Source of the DNA: Macrostomum lignano
Taxonomy: Eukaryota
Length of the DNA: 64,000 bases
Direction of reading: 5' to 3'
NCBI GenBank assembly: GCA_002269645.1
Contig: NIVC01003472.1
Coordinates: 1-64,000, forward strand
The notes under the pieces: model-generated
Database searches by the model: none
What the model was told of the DNA's origin: nothing
What the model saw: the letters and a program-made list of their open reading frames with translations, nothing else
Part shown: positions 47,264-59,528 of the stretch, one piece after another
How the letters are laid out: each line of letters opens with the position of its first letter
Position numbering within the stretch: the stretch's first letter is position 1
Made by a program: the position numbers and the translations under genes

Positions 47264-49224
47264 GGCCTCTCCAATTCGCGCTCTGAAGCCCCCGCTAGAA
47301 AGTTCAGCGAATCCTTTTTATCCCGCTTGGTGGCGCGATTCCCAGTTGCGGTGCGCGCGGTTGTCGAAATGAGTCCGTCCAGCTTATGGCCCGCTATTAT
47401 CTGACTCTTCCTGTATTATTGAGTTCTTCTACTCAAGCCACAGCTCTCATGACTTGAGCTCAGCGCAGGGGAGGCGACTTGCGCGCAGAAACAGTTTTTT
47501 TCATTCTGCCAGCGCTGTCAAAATCGATAAGCACTGCACAGTCGCGAGTGGCTATTGGAGTCGAACGCAAACGAACAGAAATAGCATAACGTAGACACAG
47601 CAACTCACATTAATATAAGCAGAAATAAAGCTTTGGCTTTTCTATAGGAACAGCTGCAGTGTTGACTGCTTCTCATTGAGTGCTCACGCTTTCGATTGCT
47701 GCTGCCTCTGCTCTCAGCAACCACCCACGCCAGAAAGTCACAATTGCTTGAGAGTAAATTCTTCACAGCAATAACCATTGAACATTTGTTGGGAAAAAGT
47801 TTTACTAAAGATTTCCACATATTTTCTCATCCGGAATGCAGTTAATACCCTGCTCTTGTCTGCCAACAAAATTTACTTCAATAAAGTGGAAAAAAGTAAA
47901 GCCATTCGGTGAAATTCAACCAGAATTTCATGTAAACGGGCAGGCGACAATACTACTATCTAGAATTCTTAGAATTTGGTATTTAAATTACCATCTTTAT
48001 TGTTTATTGCGATCTCATGTCTTTATAAAGGGATCTTGGCTTTATTTTTCTTTTTGTATTGAAATTTCAGCGCAATTTTTCGGTTTTTATGTCCGTTTGC
48101 ATAAAAAGCTTGCAAACAAATTAAAGAGTGATTTTTTAGTAAATTGATGTCCTTACTAGTGAGTCTATCCGTGGAGTCAGGAGTTTTATCTATAAGTTCG
48201 TGAGTTTATAAATAAGTTAGGGACTTTATGAATGAGTTCATGAGTTTACGGATGATTTTGTAATTTTGATGGATGAGTTTATTAGTTTATGGTTGAGTTC
48301 GTGCGCTTTTTGGATTATTTCATACAGACCTAAGTTGTCTATGGCCTTCTATTCCCTTGTCTTTATAATGCTTATATATAAGAAATAAAATACGCTCGTA
48401 AAATAATAAGTGACAAGGAAGAACATGTTTTTGAGTAAAACAGGCATCACTTCAAAGTCGCCTCTGTTACTGAAACGTAACATCGCAATGGTGAGAGAGC
48501 ATGCTGGTCACGCAACGACAGAGAAAAAGCATATCCTCTCCAGCAAAGCAGCTGTATGCACTTTTTATTCTCAATTCAGCGGCTTGGGGTGAACGCCCTG
48601 TATAATAGAAAAAAGCCTCTGAATTTGAAATGAGCAACGAGCTTTTGTGGTCGATGTTCATCAATAAAGAAAATGTGGAAGGATCCGTTTGATTGAGACA
48701 AATTTCCTTTGTGCAATAGAAATGTCAGTTAAAGCATCAGGTTTCAGGTGCAATATACCCATATTGTCTAAGTCTAGCGTTGCTGCTTACATTAGCTTGT
48801 CATTGATTTATCACTTACAGGCAATGTCAAAACAATGTTCTGAGAAAGCAGAACTCATTAGGTCGATACGTAATCTGCATAACTCATGTGGCAAACAACA
48901 GAAAGTGCATTTGATCCATGAAAAATCCTGGCAAGCAAGCGTGCAGAAGGGGCTTGTAAGAAAGCAAGTTTGTGTTTAAACATGAAGAGAAAAAAATTAG
49001 ACACAAACTCACTCATTCGAGACTCCTAAACTTGCTAATTAGCTAATTAATAAAGTCAGAACGAACTAACTCATCAATTCATCAACTCATCAACTAACCC
49101 AAATAACGAACTCATCGGCTCTTTAACTCATGAAAAACGTGTTCACCTTCTGCAACTCACTCATAAGCACGCTTAAATTTCTCAATTTGCTAATCAATCA
49201 AACAACATCTGTAAAGCTTGGCGG

Positions 49225-50319
49225 TCACTTACAAATCAGGCACAGGCTGGCGAGCCCGCCACCACGGCCACTGTACGAGACCGCATCTGTTGAGGTCCGT
49301 CGGTCGCCTTTGGACGAGCCGCTTTGTACTTCCTCAGCGTTGTCAGCGCCGTCTGGGTCAGCCCAGGCTTCGACAGCTCTGCCGGGACGGCCGACATCAG
49401 CTCCGCCTGGGTTCGTCGACGTCGATGCCGCTGCAGCCGCAGCGGCCGCCGCAACAGCCGTTGCTGCTATCGAGACGCCCCCACCGCCGCTGCTGCTTCC
49501 GCTACTGGCGCCACCGCCGCTAAACGAGCTGAACTCAAAGTCGAATTTGTGCTGCACCGTCCAGTGAGCAATGAGCACGGCCGATTGCAGCTGCTCGATG
49601 AGCTCCCGAGTGGCGCGAGCCTCAGCAGACAGGGACATCAGGTGATGAGCGTCGGCCTCCGTGCTCGGGAAGTCAGCATCGGGAGTGCCGCTGCTGCCGC
49701 TTGCGCCGCCGCCGCCGTTGCTACCCAATACGGAGATGCGGCTGCCGCTGCTCATGGAGCTCCGTCGTGAGGAGCGCAACGAGCTGCTCAAGCTGAGAAT
49801 GGACCGACGCTCCACGTTGTAGAAATCGGCGATTCCAGTCGCCACAAACCGGTTGAGACTGTCAGCGTGCAGTGGAAATCGCTTAACTAAACTAGCCGTG
49901 CGAAGCAAATTGTCCAGCGTCGATTCGATGATTTGCACGAAGGTGGTGTACCTGGCCTCCCATTGCTTGCGCGTGGCTGCCGCTTCGCTTTCTTCATCGT
50001 CGGCGCTGTTGTTGCCGGGACCCGCCAGAGCCTGCTGGCTCTGCATAGCCGGCAGGATGACGTCCTTGGAGACGGTGAAGCTCGCAAGGAGGCGCACGGA
50101 CAGCGACTGGAGCTGCTCTCGGACCCTGGCGCAGTCGGTTACAGTGCCAACCTGACAAAGCAGCTGCTTGTACTGGGCGAGGACGCGGTTTAGAGAGCGC
50201 AACGAGCTGTTGAACTGCTCCAACGAAGTGATCGGACACACTGAGCTCATGCGCTGACTTTGTACGCCACGTAGTGCTGCTCGCCAGGGAGTCTTCTTGA
50301 CTGAAATGCCGAGGCGCAT
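49225..50319 (-). CDS. RGS7BP/RGS9BP (R7BP/R9AP)-like RGS membrane-anchor protein, single exon
   Basis: LNRVLAQYKQLLCQVGTVTDCARVREQLQ (cf. R9AP [29 protein letters not shown]); FPLHA...FVATGI (cf. FPLHAPRRPLVRTGV); IAHWTVQ (cf. VPRWTVQ). The start could be 50319 or 50250. Confidence 0.8.
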   Translation of the reverse strand: MRLGISVKKTPWRAALRGVQSQRMSSVCPITSLEQFNSSLRSLNRVLAQYKQLLCQVGTVTDCARVREQLQSLSVRLLASFTVSKDVILPAMQSQQALAGPGNNSADDEESEAAATRKQWEARYTTFVQIIESTLDNLLRTASLVKRFPLHADSLNRFVATGIADFYNVERRSILSLSSSLRSSRRSSMSSGSRISVLGSNGGGGASGSSGTPDADFPSTEADAHHLMSLSAEARATRELIEQLQSAVLIAHWTVQHKFDFEFSSFSGGGASSGSSSGGGGVSIAATAVAAAAAAAAASTSTNPGGADVGRPGRAVEAWADPDGADNAEEVQSGSSKGDRRTSTDAVSYSGRGGGLASLCLICK

Positions 50320-52588
50320 TGCGGATGTGATGCGAGTGCATAAGCTTTAGATTATCTTAGTCGTAACTCAATGATGCTTATTTAAACTTGAATTGCTGCG
50401 CATGCATGCGTTACATTGTACTTTTATTATATCCATAGATATATGTGTACAACAATAGTAATAAGTTAATGAGCATTGCGAATGATTTTTTTTCCAAATA
50501 AATGTGATGCAAATAAATATGTATATTAATATAACATGTGATTCTGTATAACACTTTAATGTTGGATAGATTTTAAAAAAGGTTTGTGCCAAAAGTTATC
50601 CGTCTGTAATATGTTTTTGATTCAAAGGCGATGCTAATAATGTTTTTGCGATGAGTAGATAAACAATAATAGCAATATTAATTAACAAACAAAATAGCCA
50701 ACAACAAGCAGGAGTTTTACCACCGGCTGCAGGAAGACGGTCGGACATGGCGCAGTTTTGACTGTTGACAGCTATTTGGCGTAAGCAGAATGATTGTTAC
50801 ACCTTATTGCTACGGCTGATTGCCAGAAAATTCTAGTTTCACTCAAGAAAAAAATTATTTCATACATTAGAAATAGAACAGTTTTGATAACAGTCGCTAC
50901 AGTAGCCAGGAGTTTCTATTCCTCAGGGGCGCCATCGTGAAGGCGCCATCGTGAGGGCTTTTGCTAGCCTATTGGGCCTCATCCCCAGCAACGCCCCTGG
51001 GACCTACAGAATCTGGTAGAAGCAAATTAAAGTAAACTGATACAACTAACGAAACACGTTACAAGAAATCCTACATATTACAAGTAAATTGCTTACCTGA
51101 GTGAAACTTTAAACCTTGTGTGATTTCTTAGATTCAGATTTGAAGACTGCAGTCGACGTTTCTTCACCAGATATTCAACCAGTCAAAACGGTTGACACAC
51201 AAAGTCACAACTTTTATACCACAGCTCCGGGTTTTTGCTATGGCAACTCACGAAGCGATTTCTAAGATACTTCGATTGGAGACAGGAAACTGGATAGGCG
51301 ATGATGCCGTTCTTAGGAAGCACTCGAGCACAGCCTCGGTCGACACGCTCCTAAGTACTGGGAAAGTGCCAAAGCTGACCAGCAGCTGCGCAAGCTTGAT
51401 ACAGGAAGTAGCGAACAGACTGGGGTTTGATGCATTAGCTAAATGACTATCAAGTATTTTAGTACCGAGATGTCGACAGCTTGCCAGAAGAGAAATTGGA
51501 TTGCTATCGACTCAGTTTAATAGCCATTTTGTGTGGAGTTACATGCGTCTAGACTCAGAAAAAGCGCACATCGTACGCCTCTTCCCTCATGTTTTTTCTC
51601 TTTCCCTAAAAATCAGTCTTACTCCGTTTCTAACTGATACGTAACGTTTCGTACAATCACAAACGCGGAGGAAGGGTTGTCGACAGGTTGACTCGATTTG
51701 AGTCCAGTCACCCCCCCTCCAGCCGCTCACCTGGGCGCGACTCCTCTAGCTAACTGCAATTCTTATGCATGTAGCGGAGTCTGAAATTTGATGGGGAAAG
51801 AGAGAGAGGCGGAGGGCGGGTCCAGAACAGGCTGCAAGAGGACGCATCTCTGCGCGATGAGCGAGTCGTAGCAGCCTGAAGGCTCAACTTCCTTCCCTAC
51901 TACTCCAGGAGAGATTCCTCTTTCTCTCTCTCTCTCGTCCCAACCCCGGGCGAGCAGACACATCGGGTACGCGGTCGTCGTGTTGTTTTTTTTGCGGAGC
52001 GATGCCATTAAGGTCGCCTATGTATTTTTTGGTACGACTGCACAAGAATTACGGATGCGAGGAACACGGGAAAGACATTTGAGAAGGCTTGCTTGAGTCA
52101 GGTGCGTCTGCGAGCGTATAAGAGGCTTGCATCTCAAGACTGCTGAACCAGCTACTCATATGACGTGCTTGTTTTACCTGGCTTGCTAATTGAGCAAGCT
52201 TTCAATATATTTCATACTAAAATAAGCAGGAGGCAAGAAAACTGGAGTATATATAAATTGTACCAGCAAAGAGCCTTGTGTACTTTCTTTTTTACAATCC
52301 TGATGATAACGTACAGTGTCGAATTAAGGAATAAATTCGCGTATTTTGCTTTACTAACTATACAGCTGATTTTGGCTAAAGTAATAGGCGAGGTTATATA
52401 CAGAATATTTACGGAAGCTTTTTGACTGCATGACTTTAGTGCAGTGACACTGCACCCAAGCAGCGAGAGATCTGTGATCGGTGCTACTTTCTCAATCTAA
52501 AATGCTACGACTCTTCGGGAGAATTACTGAAATTTCAAGGCTTACGGGGGGGGAAGAATTCCTGAGATATCAAATCAAGGCTTTAAGG

Positions 52589-52642
52589 TTAGGGTTAGGG
52601 TTAGGGTTAAGATTAGGGTTCGGGTTGGGGTTGGGGTTAAGG
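52589..52642 (+). repeat. Short interstitial telomere-like (TTAGGG)n tract
   Basis: Three perfect TTAGGG units followed by degenerate variants (TTAAGA, TTCGGG, TTGGGG). Confidence 0.8.
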
Positions 52643-53647
52643 GGAATTGCTGAGATGACAAGGCGTACAAGGGAAATTTCTGAGGCTATTGCAAGGAGAA
52701 GCTACATGTAGTTTATTCAAAAAATATTACATTCTTTTTGGCTCCCCAACGCCTCAGTCTGTCTTGAATGCATGGGCGATACAGAGGAGTGACATTTATA
52801 CTCAGCAACATAGAAAATTCGCCATCACAGAAGGTTCCGTCTGTGGGTCGCCACTTTTGATAGTGCAGGTAAAGGCTCTCAATCTTTGCGAGTGATGCAA
52901 CTCAGCTACGTTGTGCCTGGGGCCACGGCAGACTTGAGTTGAAGAATGCAGTGGGGGGAGCGATGTGCGAGGGTTGAACGGATTAAAGCTACCCCGATCA
53001 GTTTTCTCGTATCTTTTATTTCAGAATAGTCCAAGAGAAATTGCTCACTGGCACATAGAGTGGTGACTTTTCAATGTTGCTGAGTATAATTTCGGTGGAT
53101 GTTTCTGCATCCCTTAACAACGGCACTGCAATCATTAACGCAGCTCAGGCTTCCAAAGCTGAAGGTAAAATGAAATCCACCTCACCTGCCTGCAGTCGCT
53201 CCTAAATAGATATAAGAATTGCGATAGGAAAATATTTTTAAAAATAAATTCTTGACAAATAGCGCATTATCCATGCATGACTTCTCACCTTTTCCATCCT
53301 ACTCATGGCTCATCACTTTCACTCTCTCAAGGCTTTTTGGCTAATTGGGCTCTTAGGCCATAGGAGATGCAGCAAGGTCATTAAATTGAATTTCAGTCCA
53401 TTTCTCCATTGTTGTCTCTCTTTTGATTAAAAATTAAACGCTTTTATTTGCTGTCTACAGCTTTTAAATCGCTAATTAAACTTTCGGTTACTCATTTTAC
53501 ATCCAGTATTCATGATTTCTATCCACCACCCACGAGTCAGCCTGAGCTGCCGTGTGCTTGTTACCATCGCGAAACAGCATTGTAAGTCTAGATCGAATAC
53601 TTAAAACTTTCAACCGGAAAGCGAATTTTCAAAATCAAGAGAGAAGC

Positions 53648-54632
53648 ATGGCTCTTCGCCGGCCGCTACTTGCCTTTGTTGCGTCCGTTCTGCTCTGCAC
53701 CTCTACCGCTGCCGCCAACTCCGGAAATCGCTACCCGGTCATGCAGCGCACCTGCCTCAACAAGTCCCTGTCCGAGTGGACCCTACCCAGCCCGGCCGTC
53801 TCCATTCTGCAGTGCGCCTTTCCGAGTCGCCTGCGAAATCGCCAGGCATATCGGTGATCCAATGGAACTAACGAACTGCCACCTGTTCGCTGTTTCTCTT
53901 CAGCCGAGTCTGCCACCTGCTCAACCTGAGCGGGCCGCTGGACGAGGCCAACTCGTACAAGCTCGTTGTGGACTCCGAGCTGGATGTGCTCACCGCCAAT
54001 CGGTACTTTGCCGCCGTGTGGCTCGGAGGCAGTGGCGAGCAGCTCGAGAACCTCGTGTGCAGCGATGGCGGACAGAAGAACGTGATCGAGCACACCGGAG
54101 TGACTTGGACTGACGAGGGGGCCAATATGGACGGCCTGACATCCCGGATGTGAGTAAACGACACCAGCGGATTCGATTTCAACAACAGCTTCACGTTTCT
54201 GATGGAGCTGAAGAGGTAGCCGAAGATAAACGCCTTCATCGATCTCACCGAATGCAGCTCTTACAGTCAATATTGAATCTTTTTGTGGGAATGGGACCTA
54301 CCCGAGGTGACTCGCAAGCTCTACATTCAAAACGGACACCGGAACTTTTACTCCACTAAACAGGTGCTCCCAATCCGAAGCGATCAGTTCGTCTGAATCG
54401 GCGCCACGTTCGATGATAATGAACAGGAGCCGCCTGTTTGTTGACGGGTCCTTCATTCCCGACAACCAAGTGACTCTCTACATCGTCAACCATCCCAAAA
54501 TCGACAACTTCTGCATGAAGATAGGTTGGCGCGACCTGACTGGCTCGAACTCCAAAAAACGGCACCTTGAAGATGCTGGCCGTGTCTAACTTCTACCTGA
54601 CCGCCGACGTCATCAACCGTCTGTTCAACTGA
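53648..54632 (+). CDS. Secreted protein with a degenerate PAN-like N-terminal module; probable exons 53648-53853, 53904-54149, 54364-54632; one +1 frameshift in the A6 run at 54554-54559
   Basis: Signal peptide MALRRPLLAFVASVLLC; SILQCA...VCHLL. A branch-point-like CTAAC and CTCTTCAG acceptor at 53903. AT|GTGAGT donor at 54150, phase 2, matching the acceptor at 54363. Removing one A restores GTLKMLAVSNFYLTADVINRLFN*. Confidence 0.5.
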
Positions 54633-56095
54633 GTGCGTGAACAGTTTTTCAGACAAGGACGGAAGCACTGTGACCAAATGATCGTCAAATGGATTTAGCG
54701 AGTACATTTTATAGCGAGTTGCCCAAAATTTTCTGAGTGGTTTATAGTTATCGGTTGACAAATAATCTTCAGTTTTTAAGGCTGGTGAATAAAGTGATTG
54801 TACAGTTAAATTGCTACATGTACGCTCGTACGGTAGCAGCTAGTTTTGTGGCTGTCAGTTGTCGTAGACCCATCCCGAGTGCAGCATTTATAAGGTCCGA
54901 GACTTTGAGTGGATGGCAGAATCTGTGTCTGCATTTGTGCCTGGGGTCTTGGGATATATTATAGCTCTCTAGAAAGATATGGTTCACCTTAGATAAAACA
55001 AAAATAACGATTAGCTATACCGGGATAAATATTGAAAATTTACGAATAAAATGGGAAAAGCAACCAACAGTCAGTCATTGTTGTTGTTTAATGTGTTTTA
55101 CGACACACTTTTCCTCCGCTACCATAAAGAACCCTTTCACCCGATTATACTTTAATAAATAAGCAAGATTAGTCTATAGAACATACATTGCTTCTATATA
55201 ACTGTTGTTCTTAAACTTTCTGAGCCAATATTTTTCTTCTTTTTCTCTATATATATTCTCAACCTATTTTTTATTTGAATCTCTTTTTAAGAGCTCTTTA
55301 ATATAAGGTGTCGTTCTGTTAGTTTAGTTGAACAGTACATGTATTGGATACATTTTATTTATCATTCTCTGTGTGTTTCTCTTATATATGAACTATCAAT
55401 AGAGCATCACATAAAAGTTCATTATAGATTATACTGGATTTTTGATGTGTTTTAATTTATCAATTTGTCGGTTTTCATATTCGGTATTTCGTGGCGGCTC
55501 AGCCAAGCACTTATTACCCAGTGGGAAATTCTGGTACGCCCAAGGGTGCGCAGACCGCGGCGCCCGGTGGCCTGTGGCCGGTAGCGGGGCGCACTCTTTG
55601 TCCAGTCGGGGCGCCGGCCTTATACCCGGCGCCCGGTGGACTGCCCAATAAATTAAGGCAAGAATTGGTTTACTCTACTAACAGTAGTATGCAGGGCTTT
55701 TATTGATATATTTTGCTCTGGCAGCAGCCTAGCTTTCTGGTTGTTTCAAAATTGAATTTATTTCCAAATAATTTTCAGAGCTATCTGATTTTTTTAAGCA
55801 ATTGTCTCTTCCATTATAAATTTAAACAACCTTGCTGCTACCTGCTTACGAAGTTTGCCTTTTGTAAATTTTTTTGCAGTTCTTTAGAAAATTAGTTTGA
55901 GTCTATGAATGAAATCGAATAAGAAACTTAAATGTAATGAAATTTGAATTTATTTAGCGAAGTTAAATGGAACTGATATTAAAACACAATATTAGAACGA
56001 AAAATAGTTAAGTTTTTGGCAACAAAGGTGTTGAAAGAATGTCAGTTTTAAAATCATTTTGACAGCATTTACTCGTAAAATACGTGCTCTCATAA

Positions 56096-59000
56096 TTAGA
56101 AGATTTTAAATTGTCCATCATCCAGCTCTCGCTGATCTTCGGACCAGTTTGATCCACTTGATTCGGTTTCGTCATCAGATTCGAGAGAGCAGTCAGTGCG
56201 GTAGTTGGTTTTTGACTTTGCTGAACGGGGGCGATGGTTGTTCCGCTTTCGAGGCTGAGAATCCAACTGAATACTCGCTCGCTTTCTGGATTGGGAGCTC
56301 GGCTTTGCTGTCGCCGCTGGCGGCACTTCTCCCGCTGATAGTCGCGATGGTGTCTGTGACATTGGAAAGAAAACAAAAAATTACTGCATGCACATTTTAT
56401 CTTACTGATAGTAGTATTTAATGCTTAGCAATCATAGTATTCATCGTTCATTATTCAGTTTAGATACGTTTTTACTCACTAGGGAAAAAGAAGATGAATG
56501 GCTGTGTCTTTGCACGGCGCTGCCAGAAGCGGGACTTTGAGTCGCTGCCACCAAAGACCGTCTTTGCACGGCGCTGCCAGAAGCGGGACTTTGAGTCGCT
56601 GCCACCAGAGATCGTCTTTGCACAGCGCTGCCAGAAGCGGGACTTTGAGTCGCTGCCACCAAAGACCGTCTTTGCACGGCGCTGCCAGAAGCGGGCTTGG
56701 AGTCGCTGCCACCAGAGACTGTCTTTGTACGGCGCTGCCAGAAGCGGGGCTTGGAGTCGCTGCCACCAGAGACTGTCTTTGTACGGCGCTGCCAGAAGCG
56801 GGGCTTGGAGTCGCTGCCACCAGAGACTGTCTTTGTACGGCGCTGCCAGAAGCGGGACTTTGAGTCGCTGCCACCAGAGACTGTCTTTGTACGGCGCTGC
56901 CAGAAGCGGGGCTTGGAGTCGCTGCCACCAGAGACTGTCTTTGTACGGCGCTGCCAGAAGCGGGGCTTGGAGTCGCTGCCACCAGAGACTGTCTTTGTAC
57001 GGCGCTGCCAGAAGCGGGGCTTGGAGTCGCTGCCACCAGAGACTGTCTTTGTACGGCGCTGCCAGAAGCGGGACTTTGAGTCGCTGCCACCAGAGACTGT
57101 CTTTGTACGGCGCTGCCAGAAGCGGGGCTTGGAGTCGCTGCCACCAGAGACTGTCTTTGTACGGCGCTGTCAGAAGCGGGGCTTTGAGTCTGGACTCCGG
57201 AAAGCAGCTGGCTTCCTGTGCGATGCGACCGCCCCTTTAATCGGTCACCGCCATGCTTTAGCTGCTGTCTGCAAGTATTTCTTACAGATTGTTCAGAGGG
57301 CCTGCCGGCTTCAGCGGTCGCGCCATAGATGAATGTGATTGCTTCTGTTAGGAAAAAAGTTGAAAGTTACTATGAATAGCATGCACTGTGCTCGACTAAT
57401 TTCTTGATATTTAGCTCTAAAAGTCTCATTGAACGTTGATTAAGTAGACTTACTTTGGAAATGGCTGAGCAGAGTGCTCTGAAATCCAAGCTGCGCATCA
57501 GTAAGGTTGGTCGCAACTCCAGCAGCAACAGCTCGGCTTCGCATGTCTGACCCGATTAAATTAATAACCGCCTGCATCTCTTTCGACAAGCTCTCGTTAA
57601 GCATTGCCATTAAAGCATCGGACCACTTGTCTCGCTTGCATGAACGTAGCAGGCTCTTCTGTTTAGATTTTTACAGGTGAGAATACTTATAGATTATTAT
57701 TTCAGTGATAGTACTAGTGCGCTTTGAGTAGTAGTTAGAGCATTTCTTCTAATGAAAAGAAAATAAAAAACTCTGTCATGAACTTACCAAAGTAGAAATA
57801 TGTTCATTTGGACTGGAAGCGAATTGCACATATTTTTCCCAGGAGTTGATCGGCCAGAATGAAGGCTCAGAATTATCAGTTGGAATGTCAGCGCCAACAG
57901 GTTCCAAAAAGCGTAGCACGCTCTGCACTTCAGTGCGCATTGCGGTGATTTGTTTGGTCAAACTATTTTCTAATGCTTTCAATTCATTCTTGCGCATAGT
58001 AAGTTCGCGTAGGGCATATAAGGACAGAAACTTGATGCCTCTTGGACTTTCCAGCTCAAAGCTAACACCGGCTTGGATCTGCTCTTCTAGTTTTCTAAGA
58101 AAGCCAGAACCAAAATTAAAAGATGAAATGGTGGGAGGCGACTTAGGAATCGTCGATCGATCATCTGCTACGAACTCAGCTTCTATTTCAGCTTCCGCCT
58201 CAGCTTCCACCTCAGCTCCCATCTCAGCTTCCACCTCAGCTTCCGCCTCAGCTTCCGCCTCAGCTCCCATCTCAGCTTCCACCTCAGCTCCGATCTCAGC
58301 TTCCACCTCATCTTCCGCTTCAGCTTCCGCCTCAGCTTCCACTTCAGCTTCCGCCTCAGCTTCCACTTCAGCTTCCGCCTCAGCTTCCGCCTCAGCTTCC
58401 ATATCGGCGTCTACGCCAGCTTCTGCTTCATCATCACTAATAGGAGGCATTGGCGCTAACTGTGCAATCGTAGGCGGATGTTGTTTAGGCAGCAAAGCTG
58501 GAGGTTGCAAACAGCGGCTGCTCTTATCTTCGAAGATTGCCTCGGAATCGGTGGCTGAGCCGTCTGACAGATTCTGTTTGGGATGGTTACGGCATGAGAA
58601 ATTATCAAGTTAATGTCAGTTTTAAAGATTATTTTCACATTTAATTTCTTCCCTTTTCTTAAAAAATAGTTTAAAAGGTAAAACGGAGAAAACAAAGTTC
58701 TCGATAAAAATTATATGGGCTGTGCTTAATTTTACCTTAGTCTGGTAATGCCTTCGTGCTTTCTTCATGTCACGCTCCTGAAAGACTCTGGGTTGAACCA
58801 ACTCGAGAATTCGGTTCAGTCGGGTCTTTTTGGCCACCAATTCACGCACAAAGCGGAAGCTCCCAGGCTCTAGGTTGTTGCTTAGTATTACCTTTAAATT
58901 AATGAGAAAATATGAGCGTACAAATATTAGATCGATTCAAGAATTTTAACATTTCAATCGTTGGGATCGGTTGCTTACCTGAATAATTAGAGCAGAGTAA

Positions 59001-59164
59001 AAACAGCCTTCATACAAGGCTTCACACTTCCACTTCTCAGTGGAGTCCCTCTTTTCTAACCATTCCTCTTCCTTAAGGTTTTGAAAGCCTTCAGGAAGCT
59101 TCACTTCGCTTTCCGAGACCTCAACAATTTGACGGTCGTCTTTAAAGATCACTAAAAACTTCAT
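56096..59164 (-). CDS. Transposon accessory protein, DUF4806-like, 6 exons: 59164-58979, 58891-58736, 58573-57788, 57658-57454, 57344-56480, 56353-56096; one -1 frameshift near 56693
   Basis: All five introns are GT-AG with matching phases. Coiled-coil [16 protein letters not shown], then [10 protein letters not shown]...[11 protein letters not shown], resembling DUF4806 proteins. It also has an E/A-rich tract and 18-aa repeats. Confidence 0.7.
56505..57185. repeat. 54-bp coding tandem repeat, about 12.5 copies ([18 protein letters not shown] on the minus strand)
   Basis: Period 54 (56701, 56755, ...); in frame with the spliced accessory gene. Confidence 0.9.
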
Positions 59165-59528
59165 TGTAGCATGCAGACTAGACTATGCTAGTGCAAAACT
59201 GAGTACCAAATAAAGCAAGAGTTTGGAGCTCACACTATAGTTTATGCTTATTTAATGATTCAGTGGTTTAGGTTGCTTCTAGAAGCAATTGTCTTCTATA
59301 GTTCTTCGAATGAAAAAGGCCGCCCTGGCTTTTCCAATTTCATTGGCCCTACCGTCCCCGCATCCATACCTGTCCAATCAGCGCGCACAAACCCCCAAAG
59401 GAATAGTTTTCAATTCTTCCCAGCTTTTGTTCATATCCTTTCTTTAATACGAAATAAGCAATCGTAGTAATTACTTTATTATTATTACAACAGTCAACTA
59501 TCATCAAAGTCTGATTCGGACGAAAACA
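59165..59528. promoter_or_regulatory. Probable bidirectional promoter between transposase and accessory gene
   Basis: 364-bp gap between two divergent ATGs, containing CCAAT/ATTGG motifs (about 59333-59378) and a GC-rich patch. Confidence 0.45.

Noticed and set aside
51100-51500. 84-aa + ORF and an open antisense frame with a nearby donor-like site
   Set aside because: No family motif and no consistent exon chain could be built.
55480-55660. GC-rich patch considered as the left terminus of the EnSpm element
   Set aside because: No matching inverted copy was found to the right of the transposase within the window.
57846-58613. 255-aa + strand Ser/Ala-rich ORF
   Set aside because: Antisense shadow of exon 3 of the minus-strand accessory gene.
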